From NCBI GenBank assembly GCA_964397435.1, contig CAYNHU010000002.1, positions 17,423 to 81,422 on the forward strand: a stretch of DNA of 64,000 nucleotides. Reading direction: 5' to 3'. The notes under the pieces were generated by a model that saw nothing but the letters and a program-made list of their open reading frames with translations, was not told the origin of the DNA and searched no databases. Both the position numbers and the translations under genes were made by a program. This stretch comes from an uncultured Candidatus Saccharibacteria bacterium. GTDB lineage: Bacteria; Patescibacteriota; Minisyncoccia; Phycocordibacterales; UBA9973. Below are positions 28,159 through 38,280 of the stretch, one piece after another; position 1 is the stretch's first letter; the number at the start of each line of letters is the position of its first letter.

Positions 28159-28944
28159 CTACAGTACTGCAACCAATTTCATCCACAGGTCGATAGAAAG
28201 TTCCTCGCCGCGCGCCTTTTCGTTTAATCCGAGCGCGGCGAGCGCACCACGAACACGGTCAGAACCGTAGTGTTTACCCAAATTATGCACTAATGTTTTT
28301 CGTTTATGTGCCAAGCCTTCTTTGACTACTTCAAAAAAAGCTTTTTCCTGTGCAGGTTTTAGTTTATGAGTGATGTTGTTAACAGTCAAAATCGCAGAAT
28401 CTACTTTAGGAGCAGGACTAAAGTAGCGTTTCGAGACAGTTCCCCCGTATTTTGGATCACCAAACACTTTTACTGAGAGCGAAAGGATACTTTCCCTGCC
28501 ATCTCGGGCTACTACACGTTCGGCAACTTCTTTTTGAACCAAAATAGTCATAGATGCTGGCTGGTTTTCGGTTTCGAGGTAGTTTCTGATCAAAAGACCT
28601 GTAATATAGTACGGAATATTGGCTACAAGCTTCCATTTCCCTGCTTTGAGACCCAATTTCTTGAGATCAAGTTCGAGTGCATCCCCATGAATAAGGGTAA
28701 ATTGTCCGTTTTTAGCTTGATTTTTAAAGGTTTCTTGAAGAACTGGTATCAGTCGGTCATCTTTTTCGACAGCAATTACTCGAGCGCCAGTTGCAAGCAA
28801 TTCTGTGGTCAAAGCACCCTTTCCTGGGCCAATTTCAAGCACAATATCGGTTTTAGTGATGTTTGCAGCCGAAACCATGCCCTTGAGGACTGCTTTTGAT
28901 TTCAGGAAATTTTGTCCAAGTGATTTTTTTGCGCGGTGTTCCAT
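28159..28944 (-). CDS. rsmA: 16S rRNA (adenine1518/1519-N6)-dimethyltransferase
   Basis: SLGQNFL motif, SAM-binding site VLEIGPGKGALT, 261 aa. Confidence 0.9.
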   Translation of the reverse strand: MEHRAKKSLGQNFLKSKAVLKGMVSAANITKTDIVLEIGPGKGALTTELLATGARVIAVEKDDRLIPVLQETFKNQAKNGQFTLIHGDALELDLKKLGLKAGKWKLVANIPYYITGLLIRNYLETENQPASMTILVQKEVAERVVARDGRESILSLSVKVFGDPKYGGTVSKRYFSPAPKVDSAILTVNNITHKLKPAQEKAFFEVVKEGLAHKRKTLVHNLGKHYGSDRVRGALAALGLNEKARGEELSIDLWMKLVAVL

Positions 28945-28947
28945 GGC

Positions 28948-30885
28948 TTATTCAAGATAGATGGTTTTTATTCTACCACCACTTCGTGTTTCTCGTTCAG
29001 TAAGAAAGTCAGGTATATCATACAAGAATTCTGACGGTGTGGCGACTTGTCGCATACCGAATAATGTTCGGATGGTTGCGTAGGTCAAGAAAAGTTTATG
29101 TTCAGCGCGTGTGATGGCAACATAAAATAGACGACGCTCTTCTTCGCGGTGTTCAGTACTCTGGTGTTCTTTGGGTGCGTGGGGAAAGAGGTCTTGCTCG
29201 AGACCTGTAATAAAGACATATTTAAATTCCAAACCTTTTGATGCGTGAACAGTCATCAAGCGAACACCGTTTTTGTTTTCTTCTAATCCGTCTTGGTCAG
29301 ATGCGAGCGCCGCGTCATCCAACAATTTCTCGAGCCCTTCTTCGTTTGGAAGCGCATCGTACCGTGTTGCAAGTGATACCATTTCTTGGATGTTCTCGAG
29401 TCGTTCGAGATCTGTCGAGTCCCCCGCTTTGAGTTCAGCTTCAATTCCTGAAAGCGTAATTACTTGTCGAATCAATTCTGATGGTTTTGTTGATTCACTC
29501 AATACTTTAATTTGTGCGAGGATTCCATAAAAATGCGCAATCTTTTTTTCTGTCGCTGGTGGAAGTGACGCACGTTCGCCTGCGAACAATTTTGCAAGCG
29601 TCGCTTTACCCAATCCACGTGCTGGGAAATTAATGATGCGCTTAATATCAGAAAGGTTGTCAGGATTTCGTGCTGCACGAATGTATGCGAGCATGTCTTT
29701 GATTTCTTTTCGATCGTAGAATTTTGTACCAAGGACTTGGTATGGAACATTTCGTCCGAGTAATGCTTCTTCGAGTACGCGAGATTGAAAGTTTGCTCGA
29801 TACAAAACCGCAATATCTCCTGGAGTAACGCCAGAAGCAATCAGACCATCTATTTTTTCTGCAACAAACTCGCCCTCATCATTCTGATCATACGCTTCGT
29901 AAATTCCAATTTTTTCTCCATCATCGTTTTCAGTAAATAATGTTTTATCTACGCGAACCGTATTTTTCTTGATGATTGCATTTGCCGCTTCAAGAATTGT
30001 TTTTGTTGAACGATAGTTTTGTTCAAGGAAAAATACTTTAGTTCCTGGAAAATCTTTTTCAAAATGGAGCATGTTTTTAAGTCTTGCTCCGCGCCAGCTG
30101 TAAATATTTTGATCTGTATCGCCCACGACACAAATATTGTATTCACCATTTGCGTCTTTTGACGTAAGCAGTTTAGTAAGTTCGTACTGCACTTCGTTCG
30201 TGTCTTGGTATTCGTCGATGTGAATATATTTAAAACGTTCCTGATATCGAGCACGAACATCAGCATGTTGTTTCAATAGTACCACCGTCTCGAGCAACAA
30301 GTCGTCAAAGTCGAATGCTTTTTCTTCTCGTAATTTAAAATTGTAGCGTTCCCAAACTTTAGCCACAACGTCTTCGAGATAGCTACTTGCGCGCGCTTTA
30401 TATGTTTCAACACTCACAAAATCTCCTTTTGCTTTTGAGATGACATGCTTAATTTTTTTTGGATCTTGTACTTTAGGATCAAGACCAAGTGCGATGATGC
30501 ATTCTTTTACGAGTGCGATTGCGTCTCCTTCATCGAGAATACTAAACTGGCGATTTCTTCCAACGAGCTGCGCGTTGTTTCGTAAAATGTGTACTCCAAG
30601 TGAGTGGAAAGTTGAAATGTGTGGGAGACTGTCGAGTTTCTCGTGCGCGAGCGCGTCTTTGACGCGCTCGCGCATTTCACTTGCTGCTTTATTCGTAAAC
30701 GTAATCGCAAGGATATTGTGCGGAGCAACACCACTATGTATGAGGTGCACTATGCGTGACGTAACGGTTTTTGTCTTACCAGCACCAGCTCCAGCAACAA
30801 TAAGAATAGGACCAGAAAGTGTTTCTGCTGCTTTACGCTGTGCTTCATTGAGACGTAGAAGATGTGGATGCATGACAGCTATCAT
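28948..30885 (-). CDS. pcrA: UvrD/PcrA/Rep-family ATP-dependent DNA helicase
   Basis: N-terminus LNEAQRKAAE...GPILIVAGAGAGKT and superfamily-1 helicase motifs throughout. Length is 645 aa. Confidence 0.9.
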   Translation of the reverse strand: MIAVMHPHLLRLNEAQRKAAETLSGPILIVAGAGAGKTKTVTSRIVHLIHSGVAPHNILAITFTNKAASEMRERVKDALAHEKLDSLPHISTFHSLGVHILRNNAQLVGRNRQFSILDEGDAIALVKECIIALGLDPKVQDPKKIKHVISKAKGDFVSVETYKARASSYLEDVVAKVWERYNFKLREEKAFDFDDLLLETVVLLKQHADVRARYQERFKYIHIDEYQDTNEVQYELTKLLTSKDANGEYNICVVGDTDQNIYSWRGARLKNMLHFEKDFPGTKVFFLEQNYRSTKTILEAANAIIKKNTVRVDKTLFTENDDGEKIGIYEAYDQNDEGEFVAEKIDGLIASGVTPGDIAVLYRANFQSRVLEEALLGRNVPYQVLGTKFYDRKEIKDMLAYIRAARNPDNLSDIKRIINFPARGLGKATLAKLFAGERASLPPATEKKIAHFYGILAQIKVLSESTKPSELIRQVITLSGIEAELKAGDSTDLERLENIQEMVSLATRYDALPNEEGLEKLLDDAALASDQDGLEENKNGVRLMTVHASKGLEFKYVFITGLEQDLFPHAPKEHQSTEHREEERRLFYVAITRAEHKLFLTYATIRTLFGMRQVATPSEFLYDIPDFLTERETRSGGRIKTIYLE

Positions 30886-30936
30886 ACCATATGCAAAAAG
30901 CGTTTCGGCTCTAGAGCCGAAACGCTTTTTGTGTTA

Positions 30937-33654
30937 TTAACGATAGAAACCATTTCGTACAAACCAATCTTGTATGTCTACATTGAGACCAGCAAAGTAT
31001 GCTTGGTTTTCAGTTCGTGCTCGGGCAAAGTATTCCGCAACACTTTCATTTGGACGGAATCCGTAGCCATGTTGCTGCAAATCATGCATCACTTTGTATA
31101 GTGGGTACGCAGGATCGTGCGATGCATGTGCCAAGAAATCTTCACCGATGAAACGAACAGGGTTATTCAAGATACGATCAACTTGTTGGCCACTTAGATG
31201 TGCGCCGTACACTTCATGGTGCTGATAGTTAATCGGTGCGCCACCTGGGTTAGCTGGGTTGCCGATTGGATAGAATTCACTGTGTCCACCAGAATTAACT
31301 GCTGTTTGATAGAACGCTCGATCAATCTGATCACTCGCATTGTATGGAGGATAGTACACAGGAGCTTGTTGCATAGCAGCCTGTCTCGCTGCTTCTTTCG
31401 CAAGACGTTTTGCAAGACGAGCTTCAGCTTTGTAATCATGACCGTCTGGGTGATGCTTCCACCAAAGCTTGCTGTGTCGCTTACCATCCCATGCTGATTC
31501 TTCACGCCAGTCTCCCGGAGTGTCATCGCCGTTTGACGGTGCGGTTGCGTGACTTTCAAACTGATGACTTTGTCCGCTACCATTCCAGAATCCGTTACTA
31601 TCAGTACCTCCAAATGGTGGTCGAACTTGATCCCCAATACCTGTTGGTCCTGCAGTTCCATCTTGGAATGGAGCTTGTACTGTATTGTCAGCACTTGCTT
31701 GTCCACCGTAATGGAAGAATCGTTCATTCGCCTGCTGACTGATTACAGGTTCGTTACCAGCACTATGTACATCCATGAGTGTCTGATCTTCGGCACCACC
31801 TGCGGTAGTACGCAAACTATGAGAGATAATTTTACCAGTCTTATCAAACTCAATACTTGAACCCTTGAGCATATTCAAACTTTCTTTACCATCAGCAGCA
31901 TCAGGACGCCATTCACCGAATTCTTTTGCAAGAGCATCAGCACGCGCTTCCATAATATGTTTGTATTCAGGAGGAATCTTGCTTGCATCAATACCTTTGT
32001 ATGCTTCTTTCAACTGACTCTTAACGTGTGCCCATGTATCGATAGAACCTTTTGAACTGTATTCAACTTTAATTTCTTTGAATGTGTATTGATCTTCTGG
32101 TTTAGGTACAGGAGCTGGAGCTGGTTCTGGGTGTGGTGGTTTTGGTGGAGTAATACCGCCCTTTTTACCACCCTTATCTGGTTCAGTATCATGATGTGTA
32201 CCACCACCCAATTTGTCATCCATCCAACCAGTTACACCAGTTTTATCGAGCGCAGCACCAGTTCCCAATCCAGCAAGCAATCGGAGACCAAAATCTACAG
32301 CAAGGTGTTTAACACGAGCACGATGCTCCTGATCAAGACGCTTTTGGTAGATTTTTTCAAGGTCACTGATCGCAAGTGCACCAAGCCCTCCTTCTGCCCA
32401 CTCTGAGATTACCTCCTCACTACTTTTCTGTGCCTTATCTTTGATATCCACCAATGCCTTGTCAGCATTCCAAAATTTGTTTTTCAGTGATACAAGTCCT
32501 TGACCGATTACTCCGCCAAGAGCTGCTTTTGTAAAACGAGTTGCTGCATACGCACCAGCTCCTGCAATACCAACCTTACCAACACCAACCAAAATACCTG
32601 TTGCAATGAGTGTTGAAGTGACCATACGTGCACTCTTCGGCATGCGCATGTACCAGCCAGTCGCTTTTCCAAGAACGCCCCTGACTTTTTCAGGCACGAG
32701 TGGTGATTTTGAAAGTGCTTCTTGTTTTGCTTTAAGTTCGTCGTAGATGAATGCCTCTACTTCAGCTTTTGACTTACCAGCTTCAAGCATTTTAGTCGCT
32801 TCTTTTCCGATGAAGCCTTGGTACACAGCTTTAGTGTCATAATATTCATCAATGATACCCGCGCGCTTTTTTTCAGCAGAACTAAATATCCCTGTTTCCT
32901 TGTTATCTCCGAGGAAGAATCTACCGACTTTATCAAGTTTAGATGTTTTTGCTTCTACTTCTTTGTAGATTGCAAAAAACGCGGCACGAGCCTCTTCAAG
33001 ATTTTTTGGTTCATTAGCTTCAGCGTCTTCAGGATTTTCTGGTTCTACTGGTTCAGTAGTAGATGTACTACCAGGAGTAGTCCCTGGGCCGGCGGGTGTT
33101 GTCGTAGTAGACGCAGTTGTTGATGTGGCAGTCGATGTAGTTGTGGTTGTTGTAGATGGGTCTTCTTCGACTTCCTCGGGATCAATGATAACAACTTCAT
33201 TTTCTGGTGTAGTTCCTTCGATATCTGTTCCTGTTTCGATCGCTACCGTGATTGTCGCGCGCTTCTCGTCACTGAGTTCAGGTGCTATGTAGTCTTTGCT
33301 AAATTTTCCTGTGCCTTCTTTGCTTTCAGTACCATGTTCTGCGGCTGCAGCTTTCTTGTCTGCGTCTTCTTTAACTTCAGTTGCGGCTGTTTCTGCTTTC
33401 TCGTTAATTGTTTCTACGTCTTTTGCAGCAGCAGCCCCACCTTTCTCAAGAGCTTTTTTCTTGCGAGTGCTACCTGTTTCTCTGATTGAATCAATTTTTG
33501 CATTAATAGCAGCAATAATTTTTTCTGTTTCAGGACTTTTACCCTGTTCAGCTGCCTGACGACGAAGTGTCTCAAGACCCTTTTTTGATTTTGTAGCTTT
33601 AATCGCTTCTTCAAAATCAGCTGGATTTTTTGGTTGTGGTTTTTTTTCAGCCAT
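30937..33654 (-). CDS. large hypothetical membrane protein (905 aa) with K/E/A-rich N-terminus, Thr-rich linker, central TM hairpin and Pro-rich segment
   Basis: Long ORF with low-complexity TTTTTSTATSTTASTTTTP and PPKPPHPEPAPAPVPKP segments. Two adjacent hydrophobic helices at about residue 340-385. Confidence 0.6.
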   Translation of the reverse strand: MAEKKPQPKNPADFEEAIKATKSKKGLETLRRQAAEQGKSPETEKIIAAINAKIDSIRETGSTRKKKALEKGGAAAAKDVETINEKAETAATEVKEDADKKAAAAEHGTESKEGTGKFSKDYIAPELSDEKRATITVAIETGTDIEGTTPENEVVIIDPEEVEEDPSTTTTTTSTATSTTASTTTTPAGPGTTPGSTSTTEPVEPENPEDAEANEPKNLEEARAAFFAIYKEVEAKTSKLDKVGRFFLGDNKETGIFSSAEKKRAGIIDEYYDTKAVYQGFIGKEATKMLEAGKSKAEVEAFIYDELKAKQEALSKSPLVPEKVRGVLGKATGWYMRMPKSARMVTSTLIATGILVGVGKVGIAGAGAYAATRFTKAALGGVIGQGLVSLKNKFWNADKALVDIKDKAQKSSEEVISEWAEGGLGALAISDLEKIYQKRLDQEHRARVKHLAVDFGLRLLAGLGTGAALDKTGVTGWMDDKLGGGTHHDTEPDKGGKKGGITPPKPPHPEPAPAPVPKPEDQYTFKEIKVEYSSKGSIDTWAHVKSQLKEAYKGIDASKIPPEYKHIMEARADALAKEFGEWRPDAADGKESLNMLKGSSIEFDKTGKIISHSLRTTAGGAEDQTLMDVHSAGNEPVISQQANERFFHYGGQASADNTVQAPFQDGTAGPTGIGDQVRPPFGGTDSNGFWNGSGQSHQFESHATAPSNGDDTPGDWREESAWDGKRHSKLWWKHHPDGHDYKAEARLAKRLAKEAARQAAMQQAPVYYPPYNASDQIDRAFYQTAVNSGGHSEFYPIGNPANPGGAPINYQHHEVYGAHLSGQQVDRILNNPVRFIGEDFLAHASHDPAYPLYKVMHDLQQHGYGFRPNESVAEYFARARTENQAYFAGLNVDIQDWFVRNGFYR

Positions 33655-33678
33655 AGATGATTGTATTAGTACTGCTAA

Positions 33679-33843
33679 TTATGACGTAATGTCTTGCTTG
33701 AGTTGCTCAATCTTTTTTCTATCCAATGCAGCAAAATAATCATCCAGTTCTTGTTTGTGTCGGGCGGCAATCTCTTCGATCTTAGCCAAAGCCTCTTTGT
33801 AGATAGCTTCAACTTGTGCTTCGTTTGATGCGCTTTGATTCAT
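33679..33843 (-). CDS. unlisted small ORF (54 aa) encoding a charged coiled-coil-like peptide MNQSASNEAQVEAIYKEALAKIEEIAARHKQELDDYFAALDRKKIEQLKQDITS
   Basis: Found by manual translation. Sits 24 bp upstream of the 905 aa gene on the same strand and is below the 60 aa ORF-track cutoff. Confidence 0.35.
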   Translation of the reverse strand: MNQSASNEAQVEAIYKEALAKIEEIAARHKQELDDYFAALDRKKIEQLKQDITS

Positions 33844-33934
33844 ATGTACAAGTATATACCAAAGAACCCAATTTCGCCTAGCTGTCTACATGTATAACTT
33901 CAAAAAGGTCTATTTTTAAGGCTCAATAAGGGTC

Positions 33935-33964
33935 TTGACAGATAGGTATGTTATATGCTATAAT
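33935..33964 (+). promoter_or_regulatory. near-consensus sigma70 promoter TTGACA-N18-TATAAT with TGC upstream of the -10
   Basis: Lies 124 bp upstream of the 34088 ATG. Confidence 0.5.
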
Positions 33965-34087
33965 GTACCTGACACACTTTGATAAAGCATTGTTTGAGTC
34001 GAGAAAAGTGCGGCGAACGTTTTGTACGTGTTTGCCTCAGTTTTCTCGATTTTTAACAATTACATAACCAATTTTAAACAACAAACA

Positions 34088-34840
34088 ATGAAAAAGTTCA
34101 ATCTTTTCGCTACAGTAGTAGCAACTCTAATGGTAACCATTTTTTCTAACCCTGTAATGGCCGCTGGTGGCAAAAACAGTGTCGCTCAACACGATACTGT
34201 ATATATTGCAAAGCCTTGCCCGCCCTGCCCTGATGCTGCCGTAAATACAAAAAGCGTTACAGCACCTACCTTTGACGCTAACCCAACCGCGCAACCAGCC
34301 CAACCGGCCGGTGATGCAAGTGGTGCCGTAGCCAGTAACGCTAACGACTCGCTTCTAAACGCGCTAATCCAGCGTGTTGAGAAGCTAGAGAATCGTAAGA
34401 TTCCGGCAGCTGTAAACGTGAGTGGTTTAAAAGCTGACATAGAGACCGCTCAAGCTTCAGCCGATGAAGCGTATAGCCTTGCTAAGAATGCTGACACTAA
34501 AGCGGCTGTTGTCCAAGAGGCCAATGATAGCCTAAGGGTAAACATGAAAGCCCTAACTAAAACAGTTAATGGTTTTGGTAAAGCTATTAACGAAGCAGTT
34601 GCTTTAGCGGATGGACTTCGCAGCCGCGTTACTTTAACAATGGTGTTGCTTGCAATACTATTTGTAGCAGTTGTGCTGATAGCATGGTTCCTCTACAAAG
34701 TGAGCAATTCTGTTAATGAAAACTCGTACCAAACTGAGCGCCTAAAACAGGCCTTCTTAAAAAGAAACCCTGATGCCCAGGCAGAGTTGACTGACGAAAA
34801 AGAAGAAACACAACAACCAATAGAACCTGAACAACCCTAA
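34088..34840 (+). CDS. secreted/C-terminally membrane-anchored coiled-coil protein (250 aa), higher GC than surroundings
   Basis: Start MKKFNLFATVVATLMVTIFSNPVMA is a signal peptide. Has Ala-rich helices and a C-terminal TM (LTMVLLAILFVAVVLIAWFLY). Carries its own promoter and terminator. Confidence 0.6.
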   Translation: MKKFNLFATVVATLMVTIFSNPVMAAGGKNSVAQHDTVYIAKPCPPCPDAAVNTKSVTAPTFDANPTAQPAQPAGDASGAVASNANDSLLNALIQRVEKLENRKIPAAVNVSGLKADIETAQASADEAYSLAKNADTKAAVVQEANDSLRVNMKALTKTVNGFGKAINEAVALADGLRSRVTLTMVLLAILFVAVVLIAWFLYKVSNSVNENSYQTERLKQAFLKRNPDAQAELTDEKEETQQPIEPEQP

Positions 34841-34865
34841 AATTGACCCGGCCCTAAAAACACAG

Positions 34866-34898
34866 CAGCCTGTAGAAATTTCTACAGGCTGTTTTTTC
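34866..34898 (+). terminator. rho-independent terminator CAGCCTGTAGAAATTTCTACAGGCTG + TTTTTTCT
   Basis: Perfect 11 bp stem plus T-run. Confidence 0.65.
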
Positions 34899-34919
34899 TA
34901 TGTGTATGTGACTGTATTA

Positions 34920-37900
34920 CTAGCGAGTTAGTTTAACTTTTTCTACTCGAGGATATGATTGCTTGAATAGTTGATTGAGACTTTGAGTGAGATCTTTACT
35001 CATGATAGTTGCGAGTTCCGTTTCGTTTTTTGCTGGACCAAGAATATTTTTTGTTAGTTTAACGAGTGAACCAACAAGTTTGTTTGAGGTAGCTGTTTCC
35101 ATTCCCGTGATTTTTACTTCAAAAGCATCTTTGCCTGTACCAATTGCTGAGACTGTACCCTCGATTACTGTTAGACCACTTTCTCCTTTGATTATTAGTG
35201 AGAGTGGTGCGTTTCCACTGAAGTAATCAATAGTGCCGAGGGTGAGCTCCTGAATGTTATCGTTTCCGAGTGTCTCTGCTAGTTCTTTAAGAAGTGCAGT
35301 TTTTACAAATGAACCCATCTCAAGTGTTGATATTTCTGTAACAGAACCGCTCTCTTGTGTTTCGTTTTCAATAACTGGTTCTACTACAAAGAGTTCTTCA
35401 GGTTGATGTCTTGTTACTTCAGTTTCCGGAGAAGCTGCAGGTTTTTCTGTGCTAATTGTTGCGAACACCGCACCCCCTTTGAGTTTTGTACCTTCAGAGA
35501 GTGAGCCTGCGAGTGAACCAAATGATACATAGCCATCTGCTGTGGCGCGAATTTCAAGTGCAAGTTTGTCAATTTCTAGTTCAGCGATAACTGTGCCTGC
35601 TGTAACATATTGACCTTCAGTAACGTTTATTTTTTCTACCGTTACTTGTTTACCTTCGTCTGCAAATTCGGCAAGTGTGATCTCATGTACTTTTGCTGGT
35701 CGTGGTGCTACTGGTGCGACTTCAAATGTTGCTGCTGGTGTTTCTTCTGGAACTGCTGCTAATTGTTTTGTCAGTGTGCCCGCGCGAGCTTTTTCTTGTT
35801 CGATGAAGATTGGTTTGAATTCAGCCCATGTTAATTCTTTTGGCTGTTCACCAACTGCGCCTTCTTGGAGATAGTAACCAAGGCGAGACAAGTTATAGTG
35901 AGCGAGGAGTAGTGTTCGAATTTCTGCAACACTACCACCGGGTTCTTTGAGTTTTGCTTCAACCGTATCAAACTCCTGCGTGACTTCCTCAAGTTTTGCC
36001 TTGATCTGTTCTGGAGTGAGTGCAACAGCTTCTTCGATGAGTGTTTCTGCACCAGTTTCTTTTGTTTCTGTATCAACGCGTCCAAGTTCTGTTGCGTTGA
36101 TGAGCACTTCGAGATCCTGCTTTCGTGTTCCAGAAATACTGTTTGCTGTTTTTAATTTATCTTCCCAGAGTTTGAGTTCTGTTTGCAAAGCAGTTAGTTT
36201 GTTCTGAAGTTTTTTGATTTTTACTTCATAGTCACGAATGTCTGATGGTTTTGTGGCTGCGGCACGCTTCGCTTCTGTTTCAGTAATTGCATTAGTAAAT
36301 CCATCGATATTTTGTCGTGCTTGTGCAACTTGTTGTGCAAGGAATTCACGAATATGCTCGATGCGTTCTTTACCAGTACGCATACTTCGCTGTTCTGTTG
36401 TCACTGCACGACGAGTGAGGTATTCGACACTCGCTGCGATGTTTGCTGATTGTCGTATATCGAGTCCGAGGTAGTTAATGATCTGGTTTTCAGTCAAGCC
36501 TGCTTCACGGCCTGAGCTGTCTTTTGGTTTCTGACTGTGAATCATTGACCCACGAGTAATTTTTGCGAGTGGATCTTTTTTGTTAATACGGTTGAGTAAT
36601 TCTTTGAGTTCAACTCCTGGGCGTGAGATGAAGTAGAATTTTTCTACAGGATCAAAACGAACATAAGTATCGTATCCCATATTGTACGCAGCATGAGAGC
36701 CATGAGGGATTTCCCAATTTCGGCTACCAGAGACTGGTTCATACATGAGCACTTTTCCAAATTCTGCTGAGAATGTTTTTTGTCCCAAAAGGTATGCGCG
36801 ACGTTCGTAATGTTCAACAAATTTAATACTTTTTTGAGTAAGTCTATTTGTTGCTTCTACTAGCTGAGCAAGTGTTTTTGAATTTCCTTGTTTATCAACA
36901 CATTCTTGCGCGAGTTCTTCTTCGGTAAGTGCTGCGTATGGATCTTTACCTCGTTTGAAAAATTCGATGAGTGATTCAGTTGAGAGAATATCACGCAAAC
37001 CGAGTAAAGTTCTTGAGTACGTATTTTTGTACCAGTCTTTACCGCCTCGAGGGTATGCCATGTTGTCGACATCGTTTACAAATGAAACGAGGTTTTCCAT
37101 CCATGGTTCAATTTTTTCTGCCTTACCACTACGGCGAAGTGTTTCAAGTACAATTTCTGCTGTTGATGTTTTAACCCACTTATTTGGGAAATGGTGATCA
37201 CTTACCCATCGATCTTTTTTGATTTCAAGAATATCGTTGATACCACTTACATCAAGCACAATACCTGGGCCGTCATATGTACTTCCCTTTGGTAATGTCT
37301 GATCAACTGTTTCGCTTTTTGCTTCACCAACTAACTGCACAAAAAGTAATGCGATGCGTGAATCAAGATCCGGCTTTTCATGTGTCTTGATTGGAAGATC
37401 TTTTCGTTCAAGAATGTTTTGTACTTCTTTGATTTTTTCTGGAGTAAGTCGTTTGTCTACTTCACGAGCAAGATCACTTCGATTACTAATGTATTCACGG
37501 ACTTCAGAAATATTTTTGAGTCCCAATGTTTGCTCTGCGAGTTCTTGTGCTTTTGCAATCAACTCATCTGGGTTTTTGGTAAGCGCATCGAGTTCATTTC
37601 GTGATACTTTTCCATTCAAAAACTTTCGAGCAACAGTAACATCGCGCTGTTTTTTCTGAGTCTCTTCTTTATTAAAAAATTTGTTGTGAAGTGCTTCAAC
37701 TTCAGTCGTTGTAAGTTTTCTATATGCTGAAGGATCCTTGCCTTCTTGTTTTGCAATTTCAAAAATACGAATCTTGCGAAGCAATTCTGCTTGTTCTTCT
37801 ACCGTTGTTGTTTTTTCTTCCTCTTTTTCCTCGACGACTTCTGCTACAACCTCTTCAATTTTTTCTGGAGGAACGACAGCTGGTGTTTCTTCTTCTGTTA

Positions 37901-38276
37901 CAACAACCACCGGTGTTTCGACGGATGTTTTAGCAACGACAGTAGGATCCTCTTTTTTTGTAGTTTTTGTAGCTACTGTTTTCTTGAGTCGATCAACTTC
38001 TTTCTGTAAGATATTTTGAGCTTGGATTGCGAATGGTTTGATAGCCGTAAGTTTTTCTTCGTTCCCCGCATAGTGAAGAGCGGCTTTTTCCAAAAGGGCT
38101 GCCGTTGCGGCTAACTTATTGGTCTTCATCATTTGCATGATTTCGTTAAGACCCTTCATGTCCCCCTTAAAAATGTCTTGAAGCATTTCCCCGTTTCCAA
38201 AAAACTCTTCAGTTTGTTTAAGGAATACTTCTTTTTCGTTAGACGACCCAGTACCTTCGAGGTTCTTTTTTGCCAT
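34920..38276 (-). CDS. large hypothetical protein (1118 aa) with coiled-coil regions and a biotinyl/lipoyl-like domain near the C-terminus
   Basis: Segment VTVEKINVTEGQYVTAGTVIAELEIDKLALEIRATADGYV matches the lipoyl/biotinyl-carrier hybrid-barrel pattern. No TM segment. Confidence 0.6.
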   Translation of the reverse strand: MAKKNLEGTGSSNEKEVFLKQTEEFFGNGEMLQDIFKGDMKGLNEIMQMMKTNKLAATAALLEKAALHYAGNEEKLTAIKPFAIQAQNILQKEVDRLKKTVATKTTKKEDPTVVAKTSVETPVVVVTEEETPAVVPPEKIEEVVAEVVEEKEEEKTTTVEEQAELLRKIRIFEIAKQEGKDPSAYRKLTTTEVEALHNKFFNKEETQKKQRDVTVARKFLNGKVSRNELDALTKNPDELIAKAQELAEQTLGLKNISEVREYISNRSDLAREVDKRLTPEKIKEVQNILERKDLPIKTHEKPDLDSRIALLFVQLVGEAKSETVDQTLPKGSTYDGPGIVLDVSGINDILEIKKDRWVSDHHFPNKWVKTSTAEIVLETLRRSGKAEKIEPWMENLVSFVNDVDNMAYPRGGKDWYKNTYSRTLLGLRDILSTESLIEFFKRGKDPYAALTEEELAQECVDKQGNSKTLAQLVEATNRLTQKSIKFVEHYERRAYLLGQKTFSAEFGKVLMYEPVSGSRNWEIPHGSHAAYNMGYDTYVRFDPVEKFYFISRPGVELKELLNRINKKDPLAKITRGSMIHSQKPKDSSGREAGLTENQIINYLGLDIRQSANIAASVEYLTRRAVTTEQRSMRTGKERIEHIREFLAQQVAQARQNIDGFTNAITETEAKRAAATKPSDIRDYEVKIKKLQNKLTALQTELKLWEDKLKTANSISGTRKQDLEVLINATELGRVDTETKETGAETLIEEAVALTPEQIKAKLEEVTQEFDTVEAKLKEPGGSVAEIRTLLLAHYNLSRLGYYLQEGAVGEQPKELTWAEFKPIFIEQEKARAGTLTKQLAAVPEETPAATFEVAPVAPRPAKVHEITLAEFADEGKQVTVEKINVTEGQYVTAGTVIAELEIDKLALEIRATADGYVSFGSLAGSLSEGTKLKGGAVFATISTEKPAASPETEVTRHQPEELFVVEPVIENETQESGSVTEISTLEMGSFVKTALLKELAETLGNDNIQELTLGTIDYFSGNAPLSLIIKGESGLTVIEGTVSAIGTGKDAFEVKITGMETATSNKLVGSLVKLTKNILGPAKNETELATIMSKDLTQSLNQLFKQSYPRVEKVKLTR

Positions 38277-38280
38277 GTGT

